A DNA stretch of 64,000 nt from Podarcis cretensis. Taxonomy: Eukaryota. The notes under the pieces were generated by a model. The model had not been told where the DNA came from and searched no databases. It saw only the letters and a list, made by a program, of their open reading frames with translations. This document shows positions 19,934 to 35,400 of the stretch, in pieces. The stretch covers positions 40,858,001 to 40,922,000 of the forward strand of contig OX638161.1 of NCBI GenBank assembly GCA_951804945.1, written 5' to 3'. Position 1 is the first letter of the stretch, and each line of letters starts with the position of its first letter. The translations under genes were made by a program, and so were the position numbers.

Positions 19934-22900
19934 ATGGAAGGAACAGCGGCAGCTCCTGCCCCATGCTGGAGTGGGGGAGGAGGCAGCAGTAGCCGAACAC
20001 GGAGGCAGCGGCGTTGCTCACGGCGGGACCGTGAGAGCCGCTGCACTCGCCGCCGGGGAGGCCGTCCTGGGGATGGGTCTCGTCGTGGCCTCTCGTCATC
20101 TTCATCTTCAGGATCGGACAGTGAAGGCCCCTCCCCACCTGCTCCTGTGGCACCTGGAAAAGGCCGCTCCCTGCAGCAGCAGCAGCGTCGAAGGCGGCGG
20201 CCCCTGCGGCGGCGGCGGAAGAGACCCTCTGGATCATCCTGCAGCCGCGATGAGGAGGAGGAAGAGGAGGAGGAGGATCTCATTGATGGCTTTGCCATTG
20301 CCAGCTTTGTCAGCCTTGAGGCACTTGAGGTGAGGAAGTGTCCCAATCTCTATCTGTGGGGTCTCACGGGCCTTTGTACAGTCTGGGTGCTGAGGTTGGC
20401 TGGGAGTGATTTTAGTTCTGCAGGCCCCTTAGAGCTGTGATACAGAAAAGAAGAAGAAAGAGGGAGAACCTTGGATTCTCTTGTCCCCATAATTCAGAAA
20501 AGACACTGGCTTCTGCTTCTGAGACTCCACGGGAAGAAGTCAGCTAGGACAGGGTGTGCTTGGAGAATAGGAGTAAAAACATATGTAAATACTAGTATAT
20601 TTTAAGTGCAGCAGGTTGTTGTTCCCCTCCGCCCTCTCCCCTCTCCCTTTTGTCAGCATGGGATTCCCAAGTCAAGTGACAGTGATGGATCTAGTGGACA
20701 ATCTGAGTTGCTTTCAGATAATAGCTGAAATTAAACAGATGTGGGTCCCTGATTGGTCTCTTGGATGGGAGATCCCTAGAAGTCCCTTATAAGAGCAGAA
20801 GAACTTAAAGCTATGATTGGTAGTGTTCAAGCCATCTAGCACAGGACAAAGGCAGACTGGTTGTTTGAACTTTAGTTTGTTCTACAAGCAGAAGCCAGTG
20901 GTGATATAAAAGGGAGCAAGACGGTCTCCTGTCTTGTCAATCATCTCAAATAGGGAACCATATGGATCCCTCAAATTAAACTGATTGGCATGTGGGAGAA
21001 AGGGGGGGAGCAGGTCTGTTTTCTGGTAAATTGTTGTGAGAAGAAATACCCTTTTGTGAGAGGCTGGAGGAGGAAGAAAGAGGGGGAGATGAGCTGCTGT
21101 CAGAGGAGTCTTCAGCACTTGAAATAAGATAAAATGGTTATTGACTAAAGGGAGCAACCATAGCTCTGAGCTGGTAATTTGTATATAAAAACTTGAGTTA
21201 GATCCCTAGTAGTACTGGCTAAATGAACCCATTGTCTGCCTTAGTATAAGTGCCCCTTACATATGCAAAGGTATAGTATGAGACATAAAGCAAAGGAGGC
21301 TTTAGTAAGCTCCAATCAGTGTGGTTTTGCTGTGAGTTTCTTAGTGTGTTGAAGTTATGGTCCCTTTTTCATGAATATTTCTAGGATTGGGATGTGGTCT
21401 AATAAACTCTGCATACCTTGGTGGGTGTGGGATTATGTGACTTCCGTAGGTGCCGATGTGTATCTCTCAGGTGACATGCAAAACATAGCTGCTTCACTTG
21501 CTGAAGCAGCAAAGGAGGATCTGCTAAACACAGGAATGCTCCAGGCTGGACTGGCTTCACCTGCCTTTCCAGCTTGACAGGACTGGGTGAGGAGCTGGGC
21601 GTGAACACAGGTGCCTTTGCCAAACTCCAAAGGAATCCAGTGCATTGCTAAGAACTATTCACTCCACAGCCACAGAAAACCGCAGGGGTGGAAGAGCATG
21701 CCTTGGTCTGACACTCTGCCACCCTGAGACTGGCTGTTTTCTCTGGATATAGTCCCAAACTTCTTATCTTCCTCTGAGGCCTTTCCTGTTTGTTGGCATC
21801 TCTCTTGAGCTAAGCCGATCTTCCCTAAGTTATCAGCTCTCCCCAATGCACTGAAGGTGACTTTCATTTCCCATAGTGGCCAGGTGAATGTCTGTTGACA
21901 AGACAGACTTCTTGGACTGTGCTGTGCAAATGCAGCATTCCAGATGCAACTGACCAGGCGAGGCAAATGTTGTGTGTTTGTTGAGCTTTTCAGAAAATTT
22001 TATCAATTGCTGCTGGTTACAGTGGCGTGTGGTATGGCTAGCTTCATTTTGTTTGGATTTAGAAGATTGACTAAATTACATTTTTATCTCACCATTTTTC
22101 CAAGGAACTCATGGTATACTTGGTTCTACCCCCCTACACTATTTTAAATGATGTTTCATTTTATAGTTTTATCTGATTTTTATGTTTTGTAGTGTATCTT
22201 TGTAACCTCCTTAGAGAGACTATTGTAGTTAAGCAGTGTATAAATTGTTTAAATCTATAGATAGATAGATAAGATTTGATTTGATTAGATTAGATAATCT
22301 TACCCTGCACATCTGGTCAGGCTAAGATCCTCAGGGACACCCTTGTTGTTGTGTGTTGCCAGGCATAGTTATTATTTTGATATATCCCCGACCTTCATCC
22401 TGAAGTCCCAGGATGGGTCACAGAAGTTTAAAATACAACATTTGAAACTATTAAATGTCAGGGTGAAGAGGTGCATCTTCAGCTTATGACAAAAACTATA
22501 TAATGAAGTTGCCAGATGCACCTTTGTGGGGAAGAAATTCCAGAGTTCAAAAGTTGCTCTCTCCTGGACCACCACCACCAGTTTCTGAGGGTAGTAGAAC
22601 TACCAAGATGGTCCCTCTCTTGACCTTAACATCTGAGAGATTCTGTAGAGAAGGAGGCAGTCTTTCCAATATTTGGGGCTTAAGTTAAGGGTTTTAAATA
22701 TTAACGTGAGCACCATGAATTGGTTCCGAAAATGAACTGGCAACCAGTGCAGCTGCTTTCAGACAGGGATTGTGCAAGATCTAAATGGAGCTCCAGCCAG
22801 TAATCTGCCCACTGTGTTTGAAGTTTCTGGGTTGCCTTTAAGGGCAGTCTTCTTATGAAGCAAGATGGAAGAAGACCTTCTCTGCAGTGACACTCCATTG

Positions 22901-23643
22901 GTGGAATACCCTTCCTTCTCATTGATGGGTGGCAGTGTCTCTTTTTAGGTTTCATCATCAGCTGCAGACACATTTATTCATGCAGTCATTTTTAGAGTAG
23001 CAGTGCTTGGAGTAGGTATTGAGATATTGTATCTCTGCATTGGCTGCTGTTTTGGTTGACTTTTGATTAAATGTGGACTGGAAATATTTTAAATTAAAAT
23101 TTAAATAAGAGAGATGGGCCCAAGGTCAACCAGTGAGGCTTTATAGCTGAGCAGAAATTTAAACTGAGACCCTCTGTGCTGGTTCAACACTCTGCCACTA
23201 CACCATGTTGGCTCTCAGTCTGGCTCTATTCTCATAATGCTTAGCATATGGTTATAATTTATCACATTTTTATCCCATCCTTCTTTCAAAGAACTCAGGG
23301 TGATGTACGTAGCTCCCCATTAACTCTTCTCATACAGTTACAAGAGTGAGAGGCAGTGACTTGACCCAAAGTTGAGCAGAAATGGGAGTTCAGCTCTTCT
23401 TGATCAAAGCCCAGTATACACCACACCAACTCTGGATATACTGGATATACACTTTGATCTCTTAATTTTCCATGGTTTGTGTTTGTGTAGAAGTATAAAT
23501 TTCTACTATATCCGCACACTAATGTAAGAAGGGGTGTATGTTTTTTCTGAGTCCAGTCAGCCTGGTACAAATGATCAAGTAATTAACACACATAATTATT
23601 CCCACCTTCCCATTTATTATTATTACTATCATTGCTATTACTA

Positions 23644-23686
<43 letters not shown>

Positions 23687-26600
23687 GTTATTATTATCAT
23701 CATCATCATTATTTTATGGTTGCCTCTAGGGAGCTGAAATACATCCCAACATCCATCTGGGGTTAGCTTAGGGATTCCTGAGCTTTTCTGTGCTCAATAT
23801 AGTTTTAATGCACACCTGCCTTGTCACCTTCCCACAGAAGGATGCTACCTTGAAGACCCCGGAGCGGCTGGAGCTTCGGATGAAGCATTCTGGAAAGAGA
23901 AAACGGGGAGAGGGGAACAACTCTGAGCCTGAGGATGAGGATGGGAGCTCAGAGAAGGGTCGCAGCCGGGACAGAGCAGTGAGGAAGCGTACTAAGAAGC
24001 GGCACAAAGAGGTGAGACCCGTGGCTAAGGGGTTGGAAACTGCTTTTTATTGTGTTGCCTGCTGTCAAGCCTGCTTTTATATGCTCCCCCCATTTTGCAG
24101 GCTTAAGTTTAAATCTCTTAGGCAGCTAATTGGGTGACTTGTTGGGTTGGGGGAGAATGGACGTCAATTAGTATCGGTTGTGGCTGGTCTAGGACATGTT
24201 ACCAACAGGATTCTGTTATCAAATAACTTTTTTTTATACACATGCTTGAAATTTGCTAGGTTTTGTTGTGCAAAAAGGCAAGCCTATAGCAGCAACTAAA
24301 CTCTATAGTGCTGAATAACTTGGTCTATAGTGCTGTATGTCTGGTGAATTTTTTTCTCTTTCTGAGTATGGCATTATGTTAAAAATATGGGTTGAGCAAG
24401 AGGCAAAATGAAAAGCTGCTAGAATTCAATGAGATTACATGAAAACGTTCTTCAGATCTTGAATACTAAGGCTAATTGCGAATTCAGGACATAAGGGAAA
24501 CAGAGAGCTTAATGTGAACCAGAACATAGCATCCTGCCTGGGCCAAGCCACTAAATCTGTAAAGCAGAGTTTATTTGAGCTTGTGCAGCATAGCTTTCCT
24601 TTGCTGTTAAATTACCATATTTTTCCTGTAGAAAAGGATTAAAAATAAAGGATTCAAAGTACTAGGGTATAGCCCTGAGACAGGTTGAAACTCAGCACGT
24701 CTGCTAGCTGACAGCAACAGAGCAGGAGCAAAGTTGCCCTCAGAAAGTGGGACTCCCTCCACAGGAGGGCTTGTGGTTTATTTATTAGAGGGCTTTCTGT
24801 TGTGTTGTTGAATCTCCAAATGGCAGATGAGTTTTGGTGACATCAGCAATGACGCTGCATCGACACGGTTGGAAATATTACTAATAATTTGATTTGAGGA
24901 GGGAGACAAATCCAAGCCCAGCAGAATTGCTTTTGGAATCCTCAAAATGCCTAATAAATTTAGAGCAAATAGTGGAGCGGTGGGCATGTTTGGACAATCA
25001 TATAAACTGATATATGAATGAGTCCTGTGCATCTGCATTCAGGTGCCTGGCTTCTTCCTTTCCTCAAGCTGGAAAACAAGCCAGGAAGTATTGGCTAACC
25101 ATAGTTTCACGTTGCATCTGAACTAGGAAATGCTGGTCAATGGCTTCTGAAAAATCTAGGCTATGAAACCAGGATTTAAAGTTGGTTTAATACTTGAGTT
25201 GTTTTGGAAGTTATTAACTATAATTTCCTGGTTTGGCCATCATGGGATATTATAGTTAACTGATCTTCCTGTCTTGTTCATTTGCACAAAGGGAGGAGTG
25301 AAGTGACTGCATGAGGAGGAAAGAGACTCGTTCATATCTCAGCTTTTTAAGCTGAGATGATCATCTGAATGCAGCCAAATTGTGTCTGTGTGTAGCATTC
25401 ATCTTTGTGGAATACTCAGCATGGGATTCTAAGGAGGACACATTTTTCTTTTATTTTCAGTATTGCTCTTAAAATCTTATTACTCTCCTGACAAAACAAG
25501 GATGCTTTCTCTTAATTTTTTATCTTTGGGATTTTTAAAAAAATCTTTGGGATTAACAGCCTCCTATCCTTCTGAGTCTAATCTATCTTTCTTTATTTTC
25601 CTCTCTCTGCCCCCACCCCCGGCCAACCTTTATTTTCTTTTTCCAGCCTTCTCTCCAATCCTACCTGGAAACTGGATATATAGTAAGTGGGCAATGTATA
25701 AGCATTCCTCTCCCACACCCCTGCTCTCTTGGTTTGGGCTTTAGTTTTCATTAGTGGTGAGCCCTGGCTGCACACAGCTTCACAGGGCACTGTTTTAGCT
25801 TCCCAAACATTATTTCCTTGGCATCCTTTCCCACCTGTGAACTGGAGCAAGGGGTGTGTGTGTGTGTGTGTGTGTGTTGTAAATGGCCTCCAGGAGATCT
25901 GTAACTAATCCTCTCCACTCGGTGCTAAACCATGAGAGATGCTGGTCCCTTGGAGAGTGAGAAGGCACCAAGGCTTCTTCCTTAATCTCTGATGGATTCA
26001 GTCGTGCTTCTTTGCAATGATGCCTGCCTGCATGAGTTATTTGCATTTGATTCTGTTCCCCTCTGAGGCCTTGGGTGGTCCATGGGTTTGGGGTATCAGA
26101 ATATCAGTCTTTCCATGTGCCATAAAATCCTACCATAAGTCTTCTGCAGAGCCTGCTGCTGACCAGCATTGTGGTGGGGTGTGTGTGTGCCACTGAGGAG
26201 CATTTCCAGTTTGCTGTACTGACGGACTTCCTTCTTTCTTTCATTCTCCTTTTGCAGTGTGATACAGAAAGTGACCCAGAGGAGCAGGTAGGCATTGACC
26301 CCACCCTGGTCCTGTAATTTGCCAGGCTTCACTTGTGACTGCCACATCACTTGACACTTGTATGGGAGTTTTGGAGCAGGGCAGATATTGCAAAATGGAC
26401 CCAGCAATTTGGAAAACGCCAAGGTCCAGTTTCTCTGCATGCTGAGCCACATGGGATCCAATTCTCCATATTTCTCATCCCACGCAAATGTTGGTGTTCT
26501 GAATACTTGAACCACATGTGGTGTTAAGGTGCTGTGGGAAATGTGCAGACATTGGGCCTTTATTTATCTTATTTTATTAATGATTTGTCTTCCACATGAG

Positions 26601-29600
26601 TCTCAAGACAATTTACATAAAAACAGCTAAAAATAGCTTTGAAACCTGTACACAAAACAACAAAAGGTATGTTTAAAACCAATATGGAATAAATACCTTT
26701 TCACCTGGCTGGAAAAGCTTGTCAAAACAAATGTCATAAATTGCTTTCCAGAAAGTACAAATAGTGAGCAGCTGCCATATCTCTCTCAGAGTTACCATGG
26801 AGCAAGCTTCTGATGTGTTAGGGACTTCAAGGGGACACTTTTGCAGAATACAGTGACCTATCTTGGTATATAAGGGCAGCAGGTCAAAATGAGCACCTTG
26901 AATTTACCTGGAAGGGTGTAGGAGGCCAGCATTTGTCAACACTAGCATAATAATTTCCTAGAGGCCTGTTCCTTTTGGAAGGAAAGCAACTGTGTTCTGC
27001 ACCAACTGTAGATGTAGTGACTAGAAGTAGCAAATCTGTCCTTATTTGCATGACAAGCTACTTCCATTGCTTGCTTCAGAAAGAAACATCATTTGTTTCC
27101 TTCAGAAGCTTCCTGACTGCTTTTCAAGTTGGCCTCAAAACAATTTGAGATGGTGCATATTTTGTGCTGAATTGTCTTGACTAAATAATGAGTGGCCTGT
27201 TTTTCTTGTCTCTGTAGGCCTCCGTTGATGACCTCGAACAGTCATTCACTGTCTCAACCAGCAAAGGTGGGTTTGAGTGCACAGGGTGGGGGCTGCTGGT
27301 CAGAGTAGAAAATACTGGCCTAGATGGACAAATAGTCTAGCTTCCTTTAATGTATATTCACAACCATATTCCTATTAGCATCACTGAGACTGCGCTCTTG
27401 TCCAAACACCAAGGTGCCAGAAAGACTCTTAATAAACAGCATGGTATTCTGGTAGGAGTCACTTGCACTGAGTTTCCTTTCCTCTGCCTCATCACATTTC
27501 CTGTGGTGTGCTGGGAGCAGATAAGCTGCACTGGATTGTTTCTGTTTTTGAAAGCTAATGTAAGCTTTTTGAGTAATAGCAACACCTAATATCTATTCAT
27601 GCTAAGTGCTTGAAGTACTGTGACCAGGTGGGCCTCCTCTCCAGGTGTGTTTTCTGCTCCCTTTGTGTTTGCTGTTTCCTAGAGTTTTTAGGGTCCAATT
27701 GCTTAAGAATAGTTCCTTCCTCCACCCCCAAAAGGATTCTTTGAAATAGATTGTGACACAGCCCCTCTCCTGCTCAACAGGACATAGGGCTGATTTGCCG
27801 AGCCAGGGAGTCTATGACTCAGCAAGGATTGAACCAACAGTTCAAAGTCTACTCACCTGGTACTCTCAACCTCTGTTTTTTTCTTTCTGTTTCTGCCCCC
27901 AGCAGCCTCGGGACCCATTGGTGCATTAAATGGGAGCTGTGAAGCCAAACTCTCTGTGATCCCTAAAGTCTCTGGCCTGGAGCGGAGCCAGGAGCGTAAT
28001 TATGAGGCCGATCGGGACCCCCTGCTAGTGCCTTTCCTGCCCAAGGAGCCCCCTTCTCAGGCAGCCGCAGCCCCCGCTCCAGCTCAGGCCTTGCCCCCCA
28101 GTCCTCCCGCCCCACCTCCCACCAGGACAAGGGCTCAGACGCCTAATGCTGTTCGCGGGACACCCCAACCCAAAGGACAGCTGCCTCCGATGCCTCAGGG
28201 GGGAGCCGTCCCCCACAACCTCACCCAGAGCCAGCTGCACATGAAGGTACCGCCCTTTGCCAGTCAGACGCAAGCGCCATACGCTGTAGGGCTGGATCTC
28301 AGCACCGGAGGGTGAGTCCCAGTGCACTTTCTCTCTCTGTTTCTCATTCTTGCTTTCCCTCTTCCCTCTATTTCAAGCTTTTTCATGTCCCTCTTACTCG
28401 TCTTCCTCTCCATTTTTTGTCCCCTCTCCCTTTGCTTCCCCCTGCCTTTGACCCGTCACTCGTCATCCTCCTCCTTGTCCCCTTCAAGCAGTTTCCCTTC
28501 TATCCTTTGTGTCTTATTAATAATAACACTTTGTAGAGCACTCATAAGGGTTTTTTATTTTCAAATCACTATTTACATCTCTATAAAGTAGGTCAGTATT
28601 GGCATCCTTATATTCATCCCTATATTGCATATTGCAACTGGGTTGACTGGAGCTGATGGGGGAGAGAGAGATGCTTGCCGAAGGCCACCTTTGGCAGAGG
28701 CAAGATTTGAACTGGGACTTCCTGGGCCCCATTTTGTGACTACTCAGTGCATGTTGGCTGCACTCACCCCCACATTTTCTCTCCTTCTCTTACTCATTTT
28801 TTTTCTCCTTGAGTGTTGCCATTTATCCTCATTTTTTATTACAGAAAACGTTTTATTCTTTCTTTGCAACTGACATTACTGCACTCACTTGGAAGATAAT
28901 CGATTTGGCAATATTAAAGTGCAGATGTGTCCCAGCTTGACTTGGCAGCCTAAACACCTATAATGAGTAATCCTTTATGTAGGATTACTTCGAATAGAAG
29001 ACCCTCTATCTCTGGCTTGTCTTCGCAACAGCCCAGTGAGGCCTGTTGTTGTTGTTTCCTTTTTGCTGACTAGGGACTTCTGGTTGGGCAAACCTTGTAT
29101 TCGAGCCCCCCTACTCCCCCCCCAATTGAATCCATTGCTGAGTTGAGATTTGAACCCAAGCCTCCTGGGTCCAAGTTCAGTGCTCTCTTTAGTGCTTCTG
29201 TGCTCTTCTGGCTTCCATCGTTACTCTGTCTCTTCCTGACTTCCCCACTCCAAATTTATTTTTCTCTCCCTTTTTCAGGTGCAGCCGCGGCGCAGCTCAC
29301 CCCAAGCCCATTCTCCCTCCATGCTCCCCCTCTTCCTCTCAGCTCCCTCACCGGCCCTCCACCCCCTCGCTGGCCCTGCCTCCCCACGCCTTTCCGCCCA
29401 CCCTTCGGCCCCCTTCCCACCACCACCCAGGCATGTTCACCCCCTCGCCTGGCCTCCCACCGCCACCCCCGCTGCTTCAAGTTGCCGGGCACCCAGCTGC
29501 AGCCGCTGCCATATCTGGTAAGAGGGACTTGGCGGGAGGGGTGTGGCTGAGTGTGGTCTGTGGTCTTGGGGAAGATGGTCAGGGGCTATGTAGAAATGAG

Positions 29601-32392
29601 AAGGGGTGAGAAAGTGGGGCATAGGCTAAGGAAATAGAAGGTTACTGTCATATTTTTCATGTTTTATGATAACTTTAGAATCCAGAGAACTCTGTGTAAA
29701 AAAAAAAAATTGTAGCCCTTGTGGTGGCGGCGGTTGGGGCTGGGGAGAAAGAAATGTGTAGATATACAAGGGCAACATGAAGCAGAAAGGAAAGGCTGGA
29801 AGTTGGGGCAGGGGAGGAGGAAAATAACTGCCAGGGCAGATATACGAAGGGTTTCACTTGAGTGTAGCAGTGCCAGCTTCGAAGGTGTAATGCTTATTGG
29901 CAGAAAGCCTTGGCAAGAAGAGGAAAAATCTGGGGTCTAGCCTAGAGAAGCACTTCCAGAAAAACTGGGAGTTTCTGTAGGGCAGGGCTCTGTGGCTCTA
30001 GTGAGTTGTACGGGTGAGGTGATTTGGGGTGGGTGAGTGTCAAATCTTTTCCATGCTCGCTTCCTTTCCTTGCTGGCTCCACACCCCAAGAAACTTGCTG
30101 TCGGGTGACTTGATCTTCTACCTCCCCAGAACAAGAACTAATCCGCCAAGACCTGAGTTCGCGCTTCCTCACGGCCCAAGGCGGCACCGACATGGGGGCT
30201 GCTGCCATCCGCCCGCTGGCCTTCCAGTTCCACCAACACAACCACCAGCACCAGCACACCCACCAGCACACCCACCAGCACTTCACCCCTTTCCCACCAG
30301 GCATGGTGCCCACAGCCAGTCCAGCCATGGTGAGTGTAGTCCTGGTAAGATTGCTGGGAGAAAGGGAGGGTGGGCATTGGGAACCATGGCCCCAGGTTGC
30401 TGCATCCCCTCCCTAGTGTAGGACTGAGCTTGTCGGTGAGAGCTGAGATGATGCGCAGGATGGGATTCTCCCCTCAGAGTTTTCTCACTTCTCGCTTGTG
30501 CCTCTCTCTTCCTCTCTCTTGCAGTATGAGAAATACCCAGGCAAGATGGATGGGCTCCTGCGGCACAATGTAAGTGCGGCTTTCTTGGAGTAGGGAGCGC
30601 CCAGGGGGTTGACCTGTTGGCAGGGGGACCCAAGGAAGCTCTGAGAGTTGTGTGTCCTGAGGAAGGAGCAAACACCCCCCTTCTTTCCCTTCCCGCCTTG
30701 GTTTTCTCTGGGTGGCGCTTCCATTGCTTTCTCTTCTTCTTCCAGTTTTATGCCGCCTTCCCCCCAACCGTGTCGGGGATCTCCCCGGTCCTGCCTCCCG
30801 CTGTGACTTTTGGCTCCCTGCAGGGGGCGTTCCAACCTAAGGTGAAGCCTCCAGACATAGTAGACAAATGGGCTTTTCTGTTCTTTTTATCTTGGAAGGG
30901 GGGAAGTTCTAGAATTCAGGGCTCCTGGGTTCCCCCTCCCCAACCTCCTGGTGGATTTTTAGCAGGGAGGGCGGAGGGCCAGGACTCCTGGGGAATCTAT
31001 GTGAAGAGTTGGGGGAGCAGAGTATGGGGATGCGGGGAGCCAGGGTTACTGGGGAGAAGTGGAGCCCCAAAGCTTTTGAGCATGAAGAGCAGGTGCTTGG
31101 ACTCTTGGGTTCATCTGCTGGCTCTGGGAAAGAAGTGGGGCCGAGGGGAGCATCCCTCGTGATTTGGAGAGCATGCCTGTGTGTGTGTGTGTCCTGCATG
31201 GCCTGCATGGAGTGGCATTCTCCCCTCGCCCTGAGGTGGACAGGGAGGCTGGGAGCCAGAGCTCCTCAACAGCTGGGTTGGAGAGCCAGGATTCTATGTG
31301 GAAAACAGAGAAGGCGGAGTGCAAGAATGGATTTCTGACCTCTGCCAAGAGGATTGCACGATTCTCTGTGTGCTTGGGAGAGGGATCTGAATGTGGAGAG
31401 AGGAGAGTTCTCCTCAGCAGCCTGTCTCCTCCTGACCCACTGTTTCTTCCCCAGAGCACTAACCCTGACCTGCCATCCCGGCTGGGGGCTGTCCCACCTA
31501 CCTTGTCCCAGAAAGGCACTCAGGTGAGTGTGCCATCTGTATAGGGGGCGGGGCAGTGTGGAAAGGATGACTAACCCCCCACTTGGCTTTTCTGTCTCCT
31601 TTCAGCTCACCGATCCCTTCAGGCCGACGCTAAGAGTGAGTAACCCTGGGACCCCTCCTGGACACGGTGCAGTGGGGTGGCTGCTCGGGGTAGCAAGGAC
31701 TAGCGATGGCTGACCCCACAGGGGGCGGCGGTGGGGAGAGGGACTCAAGTCAGGGTGTAGGGCAGCTTGTGCCTGGCCCAGCAGGGACATAACGTACAGA
31801 GCTGATGGTTCCCCCCTCTCTCGTAGAAGCCCGGGAAGTGGTGCGCCATGCACGTCCGTGTAGCATATATGATCCTGCGGCACCAGGAGAAGATGAAGGT
31901 AGGGTGGGCCTGCGCCACCTCCCCCCTCCGCCTGCGTACAGTGATGGGGTGTGGCGCAGCTCCTGCTGGTAGCCGCCAGAGGGTCGCTGCAAGCAACGGG
32001 AGAAACCTCTCCCATTCTGCTCTTCTGATGTCTGTGCTGGACCCTGGATGCAAGGCGGGGTCTGTGAGTCTGGGATAGGAGGCGGGTAAACGGGAACCGC
32101 AAGACCAGAGCCTGGGGCTGGGCAGGAGCAGGAGGTGTCCCTGCCAAAGAGTGGGCTGCGGAGGCTGCTGTGAATAGCGTGCCAGGCCTGGTTGCTCAAG
32201 GGGGGCCTCTGTATCCTTTATTTCCTCTCAGCTGGTGCAGGGTGACCCCCAGAAATTGGACTTCCGGAACGACCTTCTCACCGGTTTGCCTGGGACGGGA
32301 GCCTTTGGCAGCCTGCCTCACAGCCAGGAGCTGGCACGCCCAGCCACTCTCTTCACAGCCTCAGGTCAGTGCCTTACTCCCCATCCTGCAGT

Positions 32393-32432
<40 letters not shown>

Positions 32433-35400
32433 GTTATTATTTATACCCCGCCCATCTGGCTGGGTTCCCCCAGCCACTCTGGGCGGCTTCCAACAAAATA
32501 TTAAAATACAGTGGTCTGTTAAACATTAAAAGCTTCCCTGAACAGGGCTGCCTTCAGATGTCTTCTGAATGTCAGGTAGTTGTTTATTTCTTTGACATCT
32601 AATGGGAGGGCGTTCCACAGGGTGGGTGCCACTACCAAGAAGGCCCTCTGCCTGGTTCCCTGCAACTTGACTTCTCGTAGCAAGGGAACCGCCAGAAGGC
32701 CCTTGGCGCTTGATTCTTAAAAGGCTGAGGGCACTCTATAACCCAGCCTACCAGATTTCTGGGTCTCATGCAAACTCTGTGGACACTCTTTCCCTTCTAT
32801 GGTATTTGGAGGCTCCCCTAGAACTATGCCAGTAATGATAGTGAGCTTTTTGAGGGACCCAGTGTGCAGGATTTCAAGGGTGGTTTCCCCCCCCCCCCAG
32901 GTAGCCCTGCCTGTGAAATGTGAACAGGTGTGCCCTGCCATTTATATGATTGCGTCAAGGCAGCTAAAAAAGACAGTAAAAAAGATTACATGCTGCTTAG
33001 ATTATTGGTAGTGACAAGGGACTCTAACTCCAGCTTATGTTTTTGGGAGCCCAGCATCCTCTACCTGAAAGATTGTATCTCCTTGTATTAACCAACCCAG
33101 ATGTTGAGATCCTCAGGGGAGCACCTTCTCAGTCCCATCAACATCAGAAGCACAGTTGGTGGTGACGTGAGGGAGAGCCTTTTCTTTGGCTGCTCCTATA
33201 TTGTGGAATTCCCTCCCAAGAGAATTTAGCTTGGTTCCTTCTTTGTATCCTTCTGCCAGCAGGCGAAGATGTTCCCATTCAAACAGGCTAAGGTGCAGAC
33301 AATGCTGATCACTTTGCCACTGTCAGGGCAAACTACATTTTAACTGCTGGTTTGAAATGGGTTCTAATCGATTTTCACTATTGTTTTTAACTAGTTTGTT
33401 TTTACTACTTAGTATATTGTAATGATATTTTTTAATGTTCGAAGCTGCTTTGATCCCAACTTATGGAAAAGGCAGACTATAAATATGTTAAATCATGTCA
33501 GTAACCTTGAGGTGCACCCCCTTTTGTCAATCCCAGCATCTCGACCATTAACTTTTCTTCATGCTTCTGTCCTGCAGGTGCCATCCACCACCCAGGCAGT
33601 GGCACATCATTTGGTCCTGCCGGCACCCCTCATGGCTCCTTCCTCAGCCCCAGCCCCCACATTGGTAAGAGCTGGCGCACCAAAATGCCAGGGCTGGTGG
33701 GGCAGGACCCAGCATCTTCCATACGATTGTTCACTCCTCTGCTCGCCTCTTTTCCAGATCCCTTTGGCAGGCCCCCCAGTTTTGCCTCCCTCGGTGCGCT
33801 CTCCAATGGGGCTTTTGGGGGCCTGGGCAACCCATCTTTCAGTGAGTATTATTTGGGGGTTAGGGGGCATAAAATCTGTAATTAATGGGGCCAGAATGGT
33901 GTTCTCTAGGCTGACTTACAGACAGGGATTTGAACACAGGACTCTTTCCTTTCCTCTTACTCCACCCTCTACTCTTACAGCTGGAGAAGTAACCCAGGAA
34001 ACCCATCCCAGCCTTTGCAGCCCCATTATGAAGAACTGGAGACAGAAAATCCTGGGTTCTAAGTTTTGGGCTTTTTTTGCTCTCCCCTTGTTCACCCACA
34101 TTCCATTGTTTCCCTCTCAGAGCTGGAAGGAAAACCCAGGAGCTATGGATCCCACCCTCTTCCTTCTGCCAATTTCTGTGTCCCCTCTCAGAGGCTAAGT
34201 TTCAGGACTTTTTCCATTGAGCCAAAGCTTTTGAAGTTCCTCCCTTTGCCTCCATTTGTGGTGCTCCTACCACCTGGCTGTCATTTCAAGGCTAAGGCTT
34301 TACACTTCTTCCTTGCAAACTTGAAGCTGTTAGGACTGATCTAAACTTTCAGAAAAGCAAATGGGGCAATACCTGGGTTGGGGCAGGAGTGGAATAGGGA
34401 GACAAAGTCTGCCCTTAGGAAACTCAAACATTAGGAGAAGCCCAAGTTAGAACCTGTGTCCTTGGTATGCTGGCTTCCTTCATGCAGAAAGTTTTGGTTG
34501 TGAGAAATCATTCATATGTGTGATGCATTCCCCCCCCCCCCCCAATTCACTAGCAGCATTTGGGAGGGGGCTATTTCTGAATGATTGCATGCACGAGCTC
34601 TTATTTATGCTCTTTTCACCATGGTGCAGTGTTCATCAGTGCTCTAGACATGATGGCTAAGCTCTACCTCCATAGTCGGAGGCAGTAATGCTTCTAAATA
34701 CCAGTTGCTAGAAGCCACAGAAGGGAGAGTGGTCTTGTGCTCACTTCCTGCTTGCTGGTTTCCCACAGGTGTCTGGTTGGCCCGTGTGAGAACAGGATGC
34801 TGGACTAGGTTTGCCATTGGCTTGATCCAGCAGGCTCTTTTTATATTCTTATTCCAACTTGGGGACCTAGTTGCCCCACACTTCTTCCCTGGGTGAGCCC
34901 ATCTGCCTGGGGCTTTTGAGGACCCCGCTGCAAAGGTGCCACGGGGACAGCAGTGTTTTCTGATGTGCCAGGTCCAATCTTTCTTCTTTCCCCTCCCAGA
35001 CTCGAGTGCTGTCTTTGGGCAGAAGGACAGTCCCGGAGCTCCATCCTTCCCTAGCCCCCATGAGGCATGGAACCGCTTACACCGCACACCCCCTTCCTTT
35101 CCCACCGCCCCAGCCTGGCCCAAAGGTGGGGCTGGAGATGGGGCTGAGCGTGGAGGAACCCAGCACGAGAAGGAGAGCGAGAAGCCAGAAGGGCCAGTGA
35201 TCAAGGATGAAAAGGACAGGTAAGAGGCGGAACGCAGAGGTGATGACAAGGGGGTCAAGGCTGTTCCTGGATGAAGAGTGAATGGAGTTTGATACAGTGG
35301 AACCTCTGTTTTTGAACGTAATCCATTTCAGAAGACGGTTTGACTTCTGAAACGTTCGAAAACCGAGGATCAATGGGCAGTCTGCAAAACCCATTAAAAA

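Noticed and set aside
33422-34198. 258-aa + strand ORF within FBRS
   Set aside because: It crosses two true FBRS exons in a different frame plus intron and L2 sequence; no coherent protein signal.
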